Assembly (NCBI RefSeq): GCF_009914755.1
Contig: NC_060929.1
Strand: one strand, 5' to 3'
Length of the DNA: 64,000 nucleotides
Source: the human T2T-CHM13v2.0 reference genome, Homo sapiens
Shown here: positions 42,330 through 56,041 of the stretch, in pieces
Layout: each line of letters begins with the position of its first letter
How positions within the stretch are numbered: position 1 is the stretch's first letter
The notes under the pieces: generated by a model
Told to the model about the DNA's origin: nothing
The model's input: the letters and a program-made list of their open reading frames with translations, nothing else
Databases searched by the model: none
Program-made: the position numbers and the translations under genes

Positions 42330-43728
42330 CTCCATTAGTTTTAAATCACAATGTCCCTGCTACTAAATGAAGATATTTCAAACAAGAACAAACCAACTAA
42401 CCAGACAGAACCTATTCTTCCTAGAAGACATAGGGAAATTCACAGCTTGTTGACAAAGATATCACTATTTCATTAGACACTACTCAGAAGTGAAATGTTA
42501 AGAAATATTTCAATGACTTTTAAAAGTAAATACAATCTCTTTTATTGTGCTGCAGTTGTTAAATTGTGCTATGGTATGTACTTGTAGACAAATTCCAAAT
42601 ATTTTGACTTGCAGGCATTACCTGTAAACTAAGGGTTACCAATCAGAGATTAGGTGATGCCAAGCAGGTGTCATCTGTTTGGCCACCACAGAAATGTCCT
42701 GTACTTATCCACGTGCTATTCCAAAATTTCCCATAAGAGTATTAGGATTTCCTTTCTCTTGCTTCAGGACAGTCTTCCTTCTTTGCGGTCTACCTAGTGA
42801 TCTTAATGTTTAGGGAAAAATAAAAGTAAAAAGGTCATATTGCCTGATCTTAGGAGAAAAGGAAGAAAAGGGGAATTAAAAGGTTGTGGGAGTGACCAGT
42901 AAATATGTTTGCAACTGAAATAATTTTGCAGTCTAATATAAAACATCTTATAAAGTGGCCAGATTAATTTGTAGTCCTCATTTCCCAAACACATCAGCAT
43001 ACTCACGTTCACACCATTTCTGATTGCAGGGCCACTCACACACACACACACACACACAAAAGGGATAGAAGAGACCAAACCACATCTATGCTCACAAAAA
43101 CACACAATATCTTTCTTACTTTAAAATCTAACATAAAACTGTATGCCTTCAGCTACTGACATGGATTCGTGACATTTAAAATACAGCTTTACAATGAGTA
43201 TTTAATAACCCTTTGCAATTGTATTTGGTTAATACACAATTAACAAATTTGTATTTGCAGCATTGGCTGCAAAATCCTTTCTTAGTTTTATTCTCAGATG
43301 TCAAGTTACAACTAAGAGAAGAAAAGGAGTCGCCTGAAGCAAGTACCTGGTTTCTAGAAAATAGAATACTACTAAAGGAAAAGAAATAAGAAGAAGAAAT
43401 AGCATTTAAAAAATATCGTTGATCTATATGTGACCCCCTCAAAATTGAAATGTTTTTTATTTTGCTTTAAGACTATTTCAAATTAAGGCATAAAGAAGAC
43501 ATGACAACATACTAAAGAGAAAATCCTATAAAGCCATCTTCAATTCAGCAAAAATTAGTAAATCACTATACACAAGGCCTAGTACTAATTGTTAGGTGGT
43601 AGTGATACGGTGATGGGGTCACAAAAATGACTATCTCATAGTTCTTGTCCCAGGATCCTTGGACTATAGTAGAATTATGGCATGTACGAATACAATCCCC
43701 TCTCAATGACAGTAACCTTGGATAGGGC

Positions 43729-44515
43729 TGACACACACTCTCTCCTTTGACCAAAACTTTAATCAGGCTTTTCTCTGAGTCCTCTGCTTGACTAAGCCTG
43801 ATCTTGGGCTTTCCTCTCTATTCTAGTACAGATGCTTCTCGACTTAGGATGAAGTTACGATGCAAAAAAAAAAAAACAAAAAACCCATCATAAGTTGAAA
43901 ATATTCCAAGTGGAAAGTGCACTTAATATACCTAACCTATTGAACATCATGGCTTGGCCTAGCCTACCTTAAACATGGTCCTTGTGACCGCATGGTTGAC
44001 TGAGAGCTGCGGCTCACTGCCACTGCCCAGCATCAGGAGCGGGTTTGTATTGTAAATCACTCGCCCGGGAAAAGATCAAAATTCAAAACTGGAAGTGTTT
44101 CCATTGAATACATACGGCTTTCGCACCATCATAAAATCAAATCATTGTAAGTTGGAGACCATCTGTAGAATCCAGTTGGAACAAGAATCCTGACACGTCA
44201 CATTAATGAATATCCCCCACCCTTGGTATCAGACCACCCTCAATATCTTATCACCCTGACCTGCCTTCAGCAATAATCCTATCAGGTCAGTTTAGCCAGA
44301 AATCCTTTATCCTTGGTGTTTCCTCTTAGTAATTTTCCATCCATTGCTCCCCAACCTGCTTCTTGGTTATAAATTCCCACTTGTCCTTATTGGAGTTAGA
44401 ATTGAGTCCAATCTCACTCCCCCACTGCAAGACCTTACTGCAGTGGTCCCGAAACCTGTCTCCATAGCTGACTTTGAAAAGGTCTGTCTCACCATTCTTC
44501 ATTAATAAAGTGTCA
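43729..44515 (+). mobile_element. MER31-like LTR interrupted by a Tigger element
   Basis: tgac...ctctctcctttgaccaaaacttt...aataaagtgtca; family name from memory. Confidence 0.65.
43829..44165. mobile_element. Tigger3/MER7-type DNA transposon
   Basis: TA-cagatgcttctcgactta...taagttggagaccatctg-TA inverted termini. Confidence 0.78.
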
Positions 44516-45339
44516 TTAATAAAGCATTTTTGAGAAAGTCACTTCAACCTATCTTGCCCTAAGTTTCATCTCTTGCATAGTGAAGAAAATAGTTGTAGCT
44601 ACCTCATAAGGTGGTTGTGAGGATTAAATTAGTTAATACATGTGAAGATATAGCAGACTGGCTGGCTTCCATAAAATGTTTTAAATTGTTAATTATTACT
44701 TCATTGACACATGGCATAGGCTAATTGGAAGATACAACATTTTTGTGAATTTGTATTGATGCTGATGGAGAGGGCACTGTTGGTGGATAGGATTTGCTTG
44801 AGTAAAGGCAAAAGGGCACAATGTGCAGGGTGTGTCTAAAGACTAGGAAGTAGAATAGCTTGATTGATTGGAGAATAAGAGGGCTTTGAATGTCAAAATT
44901 TTTCAATTGGAGAATGAAATGATCAGAGTTGCATTACTTTAATCTGGAAATTATTTGTGACTCTTTTGATAGTGAGGACTTTATAAAGCCATCATTAAAA
45001 TAATTGAAATAGAACAGGGGATTAAGTCTATAAGTGATACCCAAATGCCTGTGTTGTTGAACTAGCTACATGAGATTCAGGATTATAAAGAGGAATTCCT
45101 CACTATGTCTCCAGATAGAGAGATAGGTAGTATATCATGTATATCACACCACATATGCTCTATGAGATGTAACCAATCCATATAATATATTTTTGTGTGA
45201 AATTATGAAGTAGGGCCTAGGAATTTTGGCTTATAAAAATCATGTTTGAAAGTTTTTGCAAATGTAAAATGTACAGGACTTGGCAAATAGGATGGATAAG
45301 GTGGTGGGATGAAAGAGGAATGGCAACTCTAAAAAGAAG

Positions 45340-45635
45340 TGACTTTCAAATATGAATCAACATATCAATCATCTGGATCATGTTAAAATACAAATCAGTG
45401 ATTCCAATTCAGTAGGTCTGGAATGAAGCCCCAAGAATCTGGATCCTTAAGTATTACCTTGAGTTTGGTGATTTTTAAGCTTTAGGGTTCATCGTACTCA
45501 TATGGAAAGCTTGTTGAAACACAGATTGCTGAATTTCTCATTCAGCCAGTCCTGGGCGGGCCCAAGCATTTGCGTTTCTAACTAATTTCCACATAATACT
45601 TGGAACGTGGACCACCACAGTTTGAGAACCACTAC
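45340..45635. mobile_element. MER5-family (hAT-Charlie) fragments
   Basis: aacacagattgctg...gcatttgcgtttctaac...tttgagaaccact. Confidence 0.65.
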
Positions 45636-46212
45636 TCCAGTTTATTTTTATAGCCTGGGTAATGGGGAGAATGATGGTGTCCTTATTGTTAAGAATCTTC
45701 ACCTTTTCTATTAGGTTGAACAAAACCATACTTTTATTCTTTGTTACCTAAGAGAAAAAAATGGAGGATGCTTAGTCATTTGTTGGCCTTATCCAGACAA
45801 CATGACCATGGTGAAATTTAATATCCATTTGAAAAAAAATGACTAATAATATTCTCACTGGATAAATAAAAGGTGAAGAAAAAATGTATTCTCTCACAGT
45901 TGGATTGAAATATACTTTTGTTGTAGAGTAATAAAAATTATCAACCACTTTAGTTATTCTTCTGTTGTTTTAAAGTCTAGAATTCAGATGATAAAGAAAA
46001 TTGAAAGGATACTTTTTTTTTTTTTGGTTTCTCTATTGACAGGGGTCAGTAAAATGTGAATTGGGCTCACAGACCAAATTCAGTCAATGCCTATTTTTGT
46101 ACGGTCCACAAGCCAAGCATGGCCTTTACATTTTTAAGTGGTTGAAAAAAATCAAAAGTAATATTTCATGCCTCATGAAAATTATATAAAATTCAAATTT
46201 TGATGTCTATAA

Positions 46213-49200
46213 TTTTATTAGAGTTCTCCAGAGAAACAGAACCAATAGGCCAATACGATTTGTGTGTCTGTGTGTGTGTGTGCATGTACATATACATATG
46301 TATATATAATACATAATATTTTGGATATTGGAACTTGCTCACACAATTATGGAGGCTGAGAAGTTCCATGATCTGCTGACTGCAAGCTGGAGACCCAGGA
46401 GAGCTGACTGTGTAAGTTCCAGTCCAAGTACAGGAGAAGATCAATGCACCATCACAAAAAAAGTCAGGTACCAAGAGAAAATTCTTCCTTATACTATCTT
46501 TTGCTTCATTTAGACTTCCAATACATTGGATAAGGCCCACCAACATTGGGGAGATCAAACTGCTTCACTCGCCCTACTGATTCAAATGTTAATTTCATCT
46601 ATAAACCCTTCACAGACACACCCAAAACAATGTTCAGCCAAATGTCTGGGCACCCCATTGTCCTAGTCAACAAAATACATCCCTTCTCAGCTTGGCATTC
46701 ATTCACATCTCTTTAAATCATATTTAATCTCCAAATAAACACAATAACAAGGTCATAACTCCACTTTACATAATACAACTATCCCACATACAACTGAATA
46801 TGCATTACCCAATCCCCAGAAAAGGAGGTAAAGTTCTTGATGTTTACTCTTCTCCTTGACATCCTGTAACTTAAAAAATACTATGATGTAAATTGAACAA
46901 TACTTAAATATTATGTTAATAAATCAATACATTATATAATACATAATAAAGGAATAAGAGAGGGAGAAAAAGGTATTTACTATACACACACAAACATTTC
47001 TTAACAAAATAAGGGGGAAATACTCCTAACAGTCCTCATTTATGTAACTGATTACATGGTTGTAGTTGATATTTATAACTACCTTCTTTCACTAACTATC
47101 CTGTTTTTTTTTTTTTATTTGTTTGCCTTTAGCAAGACCCTGAGCTGGTTCTCTACCTGGTCAAGTGACCCAAGCCTTCATTCCTGAAGGATCTGGGGCA
47201 TTAAGAGTTTTGCCTGGATTGGGTTGTTGTAATTTTACATTGACTTTAATTACTGGACATGTAGTACAGAGGAGCATCCTACAGGTTCTACTGCATTTCA
47301 GACATACTCAACCTTACTTCCATTGTGCAGTAGCAGTCCAATTTCCCCTTGCTAGTTCTGATCAGTCACCACAACTCTCTTCTTTGCCTGTTGATTCAGA
47401 GGCATGAGGAATTCAAAGTGGCTGGGCAGCAGTTTTTATTAATTTATTTTTCAATGGAACACTTCATGAATTTGCATGTCATCCTTGCACAGGGGCCATG
47501 CTAATCTTCTCTGTATCGTTCCAATTTCAGTATATGTGCTGCTGAAGTGAGCACAGTTTTCATTGTTGTATCTCCTAGTGGAAGCATTTCTCCCTCAGGA
47601 ACTAAGACTTTTAGGCCAGTAGAGCATAAGGTAATGGGAACAGGAAGCAAACATTTTATTAGGGGGTCACAAGGAGTAATAGTGAATAAATTCATTCCCG
47701 TTTCTGCCCCTTATTCCTGGACCCATGAGTCCTTGCTATGGAAGAAACAGCTCTATCTATATATTAGATGTTGATTCAGAGAATGTGCAGCCTTCTGGAG
47801 AAGCTTGTCTCAGCACTGCAAAATATTACCATCTAGCTCGTGCTGTAACTAGGTTCTCCAAAGGCCATTCTACTGTTCTATCAAATTGTTTCAGGATAGT
47901 GGGCAACATGATAAGGCCTATACATTCCATGAGCATGGACCCATTACCATACTTCTTTTGCTGTGAAGTGAGTCCCTTAATCAGAAGCAATGCTGTGTGG
48001 AATCTGTGGAATCCTGTGCCCATGGATAAGGCATTCTGTAAGTCCAGGATCACAGTTTTGGTAGAAGCATTGCATGCAAATCCATACTTAAGATGGTCTT
48101 GCTTACAGAGAAGAGGCATCAAAGAACTCTTCAAGGATGCCAGGGCCCCCCTCACACATTTATTTCTCTCAATACTGGTGAAAGTTTGTTTTATGGATCC
48201 TTCCAGTGTGGGTGGATAGGTCTTGCATGACAAATCCACTCTAACATTTCACAATCTCCCTAAGCGTTTGAATTTCTTCCTCTGCATTATACCAAGGCAA
48301 GTCTGACATTTTCAGTTCACTTACTGTGGGCTACTTTTTAGAACGTGTTTCAGCCAACCAACTGAACAAATTCATGGTGCCCTTTCCAACTCTCTGAGCC
48401 GTAACACTAAATGCAGGCTATGCTTAGTGAGCCCATATCAATAAATTCAGCCTGATCTAACTTTATCTTCCTTTATTTCACACTCTTAATGTTCATTCCC
48501 ACACATGTTTCCTGGACTTCTGTCTGTACAAATTAGAAAGCTCAAGCAGTTCTGTTGACATGTAGTGAACCCTCTCATGAGTCACACTTTTTACCTCACT
48601 TTTAAGGGCCTGCTGGGACTTGAGTCTAGCTATAGGTCTAGAAACAAAGAGAGGTGGGTCTTAGGACAGTCAGCATTGTCTTGCATGGCAACTGTCTCAT
48701 GGGAGGCCATTAAACTTTCCTCAGGCAATGCAGGGTTAATCTCAGACTGGATTAAAAAGGCTGATGCCACTGGTAGTGGGGAGGCCACTAACACTGGGGC
48801 ATGGGGAGGCTGTTTCCACAGGGGATGGGGAGGCATGCCTTCTGGGAGTGGAGAGGCCTCTTCCACTGGTAAAGAGACATCAGAATTTAGAGACAAAATA
48901 TCCTCAGCTTTGTCAAGGTCTTCCCACACATCCTCATCCTAAATCTTATTCTTTCCCAATCAGTGCCCACACTTTAACAGCAGACATTCGACAAGGCTGG
49001 GAATTTATAAGAAATTAAATTGTAATTTAGTCTCGGGATGGTATTCTGCATTCAATTTTCAACCTAGCCCTTTGGCTATAGGAGATAAGGGTCTCCTTTA
49101 GGACACAGATAGAAACTCAGGTCATTTATGTGGTGCTCAAGCTGTGAATTTGAATCCCCGAGCTCATTCTTTTCCTTCACCACTTTGTCCAGCAACAGTG

Positions 49201-49783
49201 GAACAACCAGTCAATCTTATTGTATTGATTAGTTTTCCAAAAAAGCTTGGAATTACCATATACACAGCCACCCAACTTGTTGCTTCTTGTAAATGGTTGA
49301 TTAGGAGTGTTCAGTGCAGGTATTTTGTGTATCTTTGCTACCAGTTCATGCCATAGACTATCAGTGCCCCTACGTATATATTTACTATAAGGAATTGGCT
49401 CACATAATTATGAAGGCTGAGAAGTCTCATGATTTGGATCTGCATTCTACAAGGTGGAGACCCAGGAGAGTTAGTGTTATAGTTCCAGTGCAAGGCTAAG
49501 GACCAGGAGAACCAATGGTAGAGGTTTCAGCTGAAGTGCAGGAGAAGAAAACAGTCTGACAGACAGTGAATTCTCCCTTACTTCATCTTTTGTGGTATTC
49601 AGGCCTCCAATGGATTGATGGAGGCCCACTCACATTGTGGAGGGCAATCGGCTTCACTTAGTCTACTGATTCAAATGTTAATCTCATCTATAAATATCCT
49701 TACTGACACACCCAGAACAATTTCCAACCAAATACCTTGCACCATGTGTTGCAGTCAAGTGAACATATGAAATTAACCATCAC
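46213..49783 (-). mobile_element. Deleted ERV-L provirus: MLT2 LTR (46213-~46680), gag/pol/dUTPase remnants, MLT2 LTR (~49370-49783)
   Basis: Two homologous LTRs (aggctgagaagt, ctactgattcaaatgttaat); - strand peptides WEDLDKAEDILSLNSD (gag-like) and LLPVPITLCSTGLKVLVPEGEMLPLGDTTM (dUTPase-like). Confidence 0.85.
47454..47554 (-). pseudogene. U6 snRNA processed pseudogene, nearly full length, with A-rich tail (~47433-47451)
   Basis: Reverse complement GTGCTCACTTCAGCAGCACATATACTGAAATTGGAACGATACAGAGAAGATTAGCATGGCCCCTG...; CpG-decay substitutions; 5' flank is ERV-L, not a U6 promoter. Confidence 0.95.
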
Positions 49784-50330
49784 TTTAGTGAGTTTTATTG
49801 AAACAAAGCCACACTTGTTCATTTCCATATTGTCATCTTTGGCTGTTTTCAAGCTACAACAGCAGAGCTGAGGAGCTGAAACAGAGACCATTTGGCCTGC
49901 AAAACCCAAAATATTTACTATCTGACCCTTTATAACAAAAAATTTTGCTCACCAATGTTCTAAGAGAGTGCTTTTAACATTTTAATATATGTACATATCA
50001 ACTGGGGATCTTGTTAAACTGTTGATTCAGATTCAGTAGGTCATAGCCAAAATTCTCCATCACTATCATGCTCCTGGGTGAGGTCAGTGCTGCTAGACTG
50101 AAAACTGTACATCCTATTTGTCAATTTTTGCTCTTCTCATAGTCCCTAACTATAATGCCTTAAACTTCTGCCTATGCAGGTTCTCTTTAGGTTCATCGAA
50201 CTTAAATCCTGTTACTTCTGTTTATTCTCCAAACTATTTCATCTTATTGTGAACTCTTCTTCCTCATTGTACTTACTTTGTTTCACATTTTTAGGCTTTA
50301 AATGTATTCTGTGTTCCCTAGTTGTTGCAC

Positions 50331-50677
<347 letters not shown>

Positions 50678-51469
50678 TAGATATTCTGTTTTGAGACATC
50701 TATTACCTATTATGCTTGCATAGTACCTTACATATAGAAGGTATTCTCAAGATAGTTATTAAATTAATTACTGTTCCACACCTAGAGAGGATATAGTTAA
50801 ATCAACAGTACATCATCACAGTACATGAAGTGATATTCTTAGTCATTGATACATTTTTAGAAGTGATTCATTTTTCTCTTTAATATTATTGATAAATTTC
50901 AGTGATAAGAATTATTCTTCTTCCTGAATGAAAGACAGTATTGAAGTAAAATACAAATCTTTGGATTAATACATTAAATCAGGCTATAGAATTGAAATTT
51001 AAACTTGTCTCAAGCCTTGAGATGAAAAGTACACCTTAATTACGAACTGAAAAACTGCTTATTGTGCAAATTGCCTGGAGGCTGGATAATTAGAAATGCA
51101 ATGTTAATTTCACTAGTTTAATAATTTCATTTTCAGAATTTGCTTGAAGAGGTATTGATAAATTGCAATAGCCAATCATGTATGAAAGTTTACAGACTAT
51201 GAAAATGTTTTATTTTGCCATTAAGAATCACACATTCCAGCTTTTGAAGAGAATTATGTGAGTTATTAAATAAGATGAGAAACTTCTGCTGTCATAAAAA
51301 TTAGCCAATTTACTTTGCTCTTCTAATCAACTTAAAATTTCTACCTGAACTATTTTAGTATATTCCAATAATAAAAGTAGTATGAATATGAAGCTGCTTT
51401 CAAGGAATCTTATAGATAGATATAAAAAGCAGTTATAAATGTTTGGCATTTTATGAACTTTTGAGTTCC

Positions 51470-51768
51470 TTTTTTTTCTTTTTTTGAGATGGAGTCTCAC
51501 TCTGTTGCCCAGGCTGGAGGGCAGTGGCGCAATCTGGGCTCACTGCAACCTCTCTGGTTCAAGCAATTCTCCTGCCTCAGGCTCCTGAGTAGCTGGGATT
51601 ACAGGCACCCACAACCACGCCTGGCTAATTTTTGTCTTTTTTTTATTAGAGATGGGGTTTCACCATGTTGGCCAGGCTGGTCTTAAACTCCTGACCTCAG
51701 GTGATCAATCCATCTGCCTTGGCCTCCCAAAAGTGCTGGGATTACAGGCATGAGCCACCGCGCCTGGC
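51470..51768 (-). mobile_element. Alu (S-like)
   Basis: Full dimer; aactttt(t)gagttc flanking duplication. Confidence 0.95.
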
Positions 51769-53288
51769 CAACTTTTGAGTTCTTAAAGCAATATTCTTTA
51801 TATCCTTTACCTCAAAATAAATATGATAATTTCACTATTTAATACATTTGGGACTTAATAAATACAAATAAGTACATTTTTAAAAATAAATGTTGTACCC
51901 AAGGAAACATTATAAAGGAATTTCACATGTAAGTACTATATCAGGTTTGAATAAAGTATTGGAATTCTAAACATTTTCAGGTTTGAATACATATTTTTCT
52001 GCTAATCAGCACATTACTTTTGTTTTTTAAAATTTATTTCTAAACTAATATTGTCATGACAACAGCAACCAGGATCAGAAGGAAAAAAAGCAATGAGCCA
52101 ACTTGGCACATCACAGTTTATCCACATGGTGGAGCCATGTGGCTAGATCCTGGAGACACCAATTTTATTACCCTCATCGTTTTGTAATAACTCATGATAA
52201 ATCCAACCAACCAAATTTCTTCTTCCTGTGTGCAGTTTTCTCTGGTTCTCTTAGTTTAGTTCCTTATTATCTTGCACTGTAGCAGAGTGCAGTCTTATTC
52301 TATTCCAGTCTGTCTTCTACAGCAGTGATTTGCTAATCTTGGCTGCACATGGGTAACTCCTGGGCAATTTTTACAAACCCTTGTGCTGAGGGCCCTACCT
52401 CAGGCTAATTGAGCAGCAGTCTGCAGGGCAGAGTCTGGACATTGGCACATGTTTAAAGTCTCCATGTGTGATTCTATCCTGAAAGCAAGGTTGCAAACCA
52501 GTGCATACTACCACTGTAGACACCTTTTTCAATTATAAGTCTAATCACACCACTCTTCCAGTTAAAATTGTTCATTGGCTCCTCATCAACTTTAGGATAA
52601 AATCAACCTCATTAACAAGGCAAACAATCCCCCTCAACATCTGACGATTGCTTTTCTAGAATCACCACCATCTTCCACCCCACAGCACATGCAGAGTTCC
52701 AGCCTAAAGAATTGCTTGCAGGCTTCTAAACTTACCAGGCATTTTCACACTTCCAGAATTGCCTCATAACTCTAGCAACTAATACACTAGGCACTAATCA
52801 ATATTTACTGAATGACTAGATGAATACTCTAAAATGGCTTCCTCTTATTTAGGACAGGGATGTTTATTTTTGTCAAACAACTCTCAAGTGTTTGCTTGCC
52901 TTTCGGTGGCTTAGAGTACAGAACGTGGCACCAGGTCAACCAACAGATGTTAACTATATTCTAAAGAAGACACTGTTTTCTGCCAACTTATTGAATTCAA
53001 AGGTAACATCAGAAACTTCCTTAGAAACAGCTGCTTTTACGTTGTACTTCTTTTCAATCTAAAATTCTCAACTCTAACATTTCTGTTTCAGTCAACGGAA
53101 AATGGACTGCCTGCATGTGGATGATGGTGCAGATATTCTTTTTAAATTAGTGGATGCTCGTATTCACTAGCTAGTCATTTAGAATCTTTGACTTTATAAT
53201 AGTTCTCATCCTAAAACTGCCAAGACCCTAATGGAACTGGATTTTCAAGAGTGGATATTATGGAAGAGTAAGTGGTGTGATTTTAGCC

Positions 53289-53546
53289 AGGGCCGCCTTC
53301 TCCATTAGGCACAGTAGGGGCAGTGCCCATGGACCACAGTGCTTTTAGGGGCCCACGATCATGTTTTAATATCTTTTAAGTTAGAAGGAAAAAAAATACC
53401 CTTTTGCGTCAAAGAAAATGTTTTAACATAAAATAGTAATATAGTCATCTTTATGTCAACACAGTGATAAAATACAATTTGTAATTCTGTTGTATTTTGG
53501 CCATGAAGGCAAAAGCAGCTAGGGCCCAGGAAAGTCATGTGACCCT
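53289..53546. mobile_element. hAT MITE (MER96-like)
   Basis: cagggccgcc...ggcacagtaggggcagtgccc...ttttaggggcccac...gaccct. Confidence 0.55.
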
Positions 53547-53856
53547 CATTTCAGAAAAACTAGGGAGGAGCCCTTCAGCCCTAAAATGTCTCCTCAGATG
53601 TGCCTGCCAGATGATGTAATACTGATAGCATGTAGTAAGTTATCTTGGTCTTTATTTTCTGATCATCAGTATCTATCTCAATACGGTTTCCCACCCACTT
53701 CCCAGGAGAAGTAGAGTTAGTTGCTTGTACTCACATATCAAACAACTTTAGAATGTTCCTGTAATCATATCTTCAACCTGATTTTTCACTTGGCGTGTAC
53801 CATCCAAGTGAGTCCCTTAGCATGTCAAAGCTACTCCTTTTGAACAGACATATCTT

Positions 53857-55319
53857 TTTTTAAAATCTTTTTGTTTTTATTGTTCTTTAAGTTCTGGGAT
53901 ACATGTGCAGAATGTGCAGGTTTGTTACATAGTTATACACGTGCCATGGTGGTTTTCTGCACCCATCAACCTGTCATCTACATTAGGTATTTCTCCTAAT
54001 GCTATCCCTCCCCTAGGCCCTCAGCCCCCAATAGGCCCCGGTGTGTGTCGTTCCCCTCCCTGTGTCCATGTGTTCTCATTGTTCAACTCCTACTTATAAG
54101 TGAAAACATGCGGTGCTTGGTTTTCTGTTCCTGCGTTAGTTTGCTGAGAATGATGGTTTCCGGCTTCATCCATGTCCCTGCAAAGGACATGAACTCATCC
54201 TTTTTATGGCTGCATAGTATTCCATGGTGTATATGTGCCACATTTTCTTTATCCACTCTACCATTGATGGGCATTTGGGTTGGTTCCAAGTCTTTGCTAT
54301 TGTGAACAGTGCGGCAATAAACATACGTGTGCATGTGTCTTTATAGTAGGATGATTGATAATCCTTTGGGTATGTACCCAGCTGGGTCAAATGGTATTTC
54401 TGGTTCTAGATCCTTGAGGAATCGCCACACTGTCTTCCACAATGGTTGAACTAATTTACACTCCCACCAAAAGCATTCCTATTTCTCCACATCCTCTCCA
54501 GCATCTGTTGTTTCCTGACTTTTTAATGATCACCATTCTAACTGGTGTGAGATGGTATCTCACTCATTGTGGTTTTGATTTGCATTTCTCTAATGACCAG
54601 TGATGATGAGCTTTTTTTCATATGTTTGTTGGCTGCATAAATGTCTTCCTTTGGAAAGTGTCTGTTCGTATCCTTTGCCCACTTTTTGATGGGATTTTTT
54701 TTTTTTGTAAATTTGTTTAAGTTCCTTGTAGATTCTGGATATTAGCCCTTTGTCAGATGGATATATGGCAAAAATTTTCTCCCATTCTGTAGGTTGCCTG
54801 TTCACTCTGATGATAGTTTCTTTTGCTTTGCAGAAGCTCTTTAGTTTAATTAGATCCCATTTGTCAATATTGGCTTTTGTTGCCATTGCTTTTGGTGCTT
54901 TAGTCATGAAGTCTTTGCCCATGCCTCTATGTCCTGAATGGTATTGCCTAGGTTTTCTTCTAGAGTTTTTATGGTTTTAGGTCTTAGGTTTAAGTCTTTA
55001 ATCCATCCTGAGTTAATTTTTGTATAAGGTGTAAAGAATACCTGAATGGTATTGCCTAGGTTTTCTTCTAGAGTTTTTATGGTTTTAGGTCTTAGGTTTA
55101 AGTCTTTAATCCATCCTGAGTTAATTTTTGTATAAGGTGTAAAGAAGGGGTCCATTTTCAGTTTTCTGCATATGGCTAGCCAGTTTTCCCAACATTATTT
55201 ATTAAATAGGGAATCCTTTCCCCATTGCTTGTTTTTGTCAGGTTTGTCAAAGATCAGATAGTTGTAGATGTGTGGTGTTATTTCTGAGGCCTCTATTCTG
55301 TTTCATTGGTCTATATATC
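53857..55319 (-). mobile_element. 5'-truncated L1PA (ORF2 3' end + 3'UTR)
   Basis: ORF2 peptides ([22 protein letters not shown]); TSD gaacagacatatctt 53842-53856 / gaacagatacatctt 55320-55334. Confidence 0.95.
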
Positions 55320-56041
55320 GAACAGATACATCTTGATGTTGCCTTAATTGAAAGGTGCCAATAGTAGAAATGGGTATAGTAATAAAAATCATAGTGACCT
55401 ATCATTTATACTCAGATTTTCTTAGAATCAGTCTTATCAAATGTCCTCTAGTGAAAGAGGTTGCCAAAGTTTTCAAGTTTATAAAAATAAATGTTTTTGA
55501 AAATGTTGCTCATTGCAAAGTGCTCAAAATTCATGATTAGAATGTGAATGACATTTATATACCCCTTCTTTACACCTTATACAAAAATTAACTCAAAAAA
55601 AGCTTGCATGTGGATGATGGTGCAGATATTCAAAAACAAGTGGTTTTGCTTTTCTAATGTAAATTCAAACATGCTGTTGAATTAATTAACTAGTATTTCT
55701 ATGACATTGAATAGGTTTAATATAATTCTTCATTAAAGATAAATAGTAAGCCCTACTGCCTGTATTGGCCATATCAGGGAATCCCTTATCCGTGATAGTG
55801 CCATTTTAAGGTTGATGATTCTTGATAACTACAATGTGTTTGGAATACTTTTCTTGGCTACATAGAGCATCTTAAAAAAAAAAAAAACTTCAGTGTCATG
55901 TTCATAAATAGTAGGAATCTCTTAGCTGTGTGGGTTCTGGGTCCCTAGATGGCATTCAGTTGGTGGACTTGAATAAGAACTCTTCTTTCTATCAAAAAAT
56001 AAATGAATGATATTGACGTGGTTCGTTCATAATTTTATAGT

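Larger units (their letters stand above)
46040..49957. mobile_element. MER58B split into halves (46040-46212 and ~49790-49957) by an ERV-L insertion
   Basis: Left half caggggtcagtaaa...aaattcaaatttt; right half agttttattgaaac...aaaatatttactatctgaccctttat. Confidence 0.75.

Noticed and set aside
47454-47554. Functional U6 gene
   Set aside because: Substitutions at CpGs, A-rich tail, no terminal T run, and the upstream flank is retroviral sequence.
47547-49018. Cluster of long ORFs (up to 164 aa)
   Set aside because: Frameshifted ERV-L gag/pol/dUTPase remnants or their antisense frames; not intact genes.
53905-55155. Several overlapping ORFs
   Set aside because: Broken L1 ORF2 C-terminal fragments.
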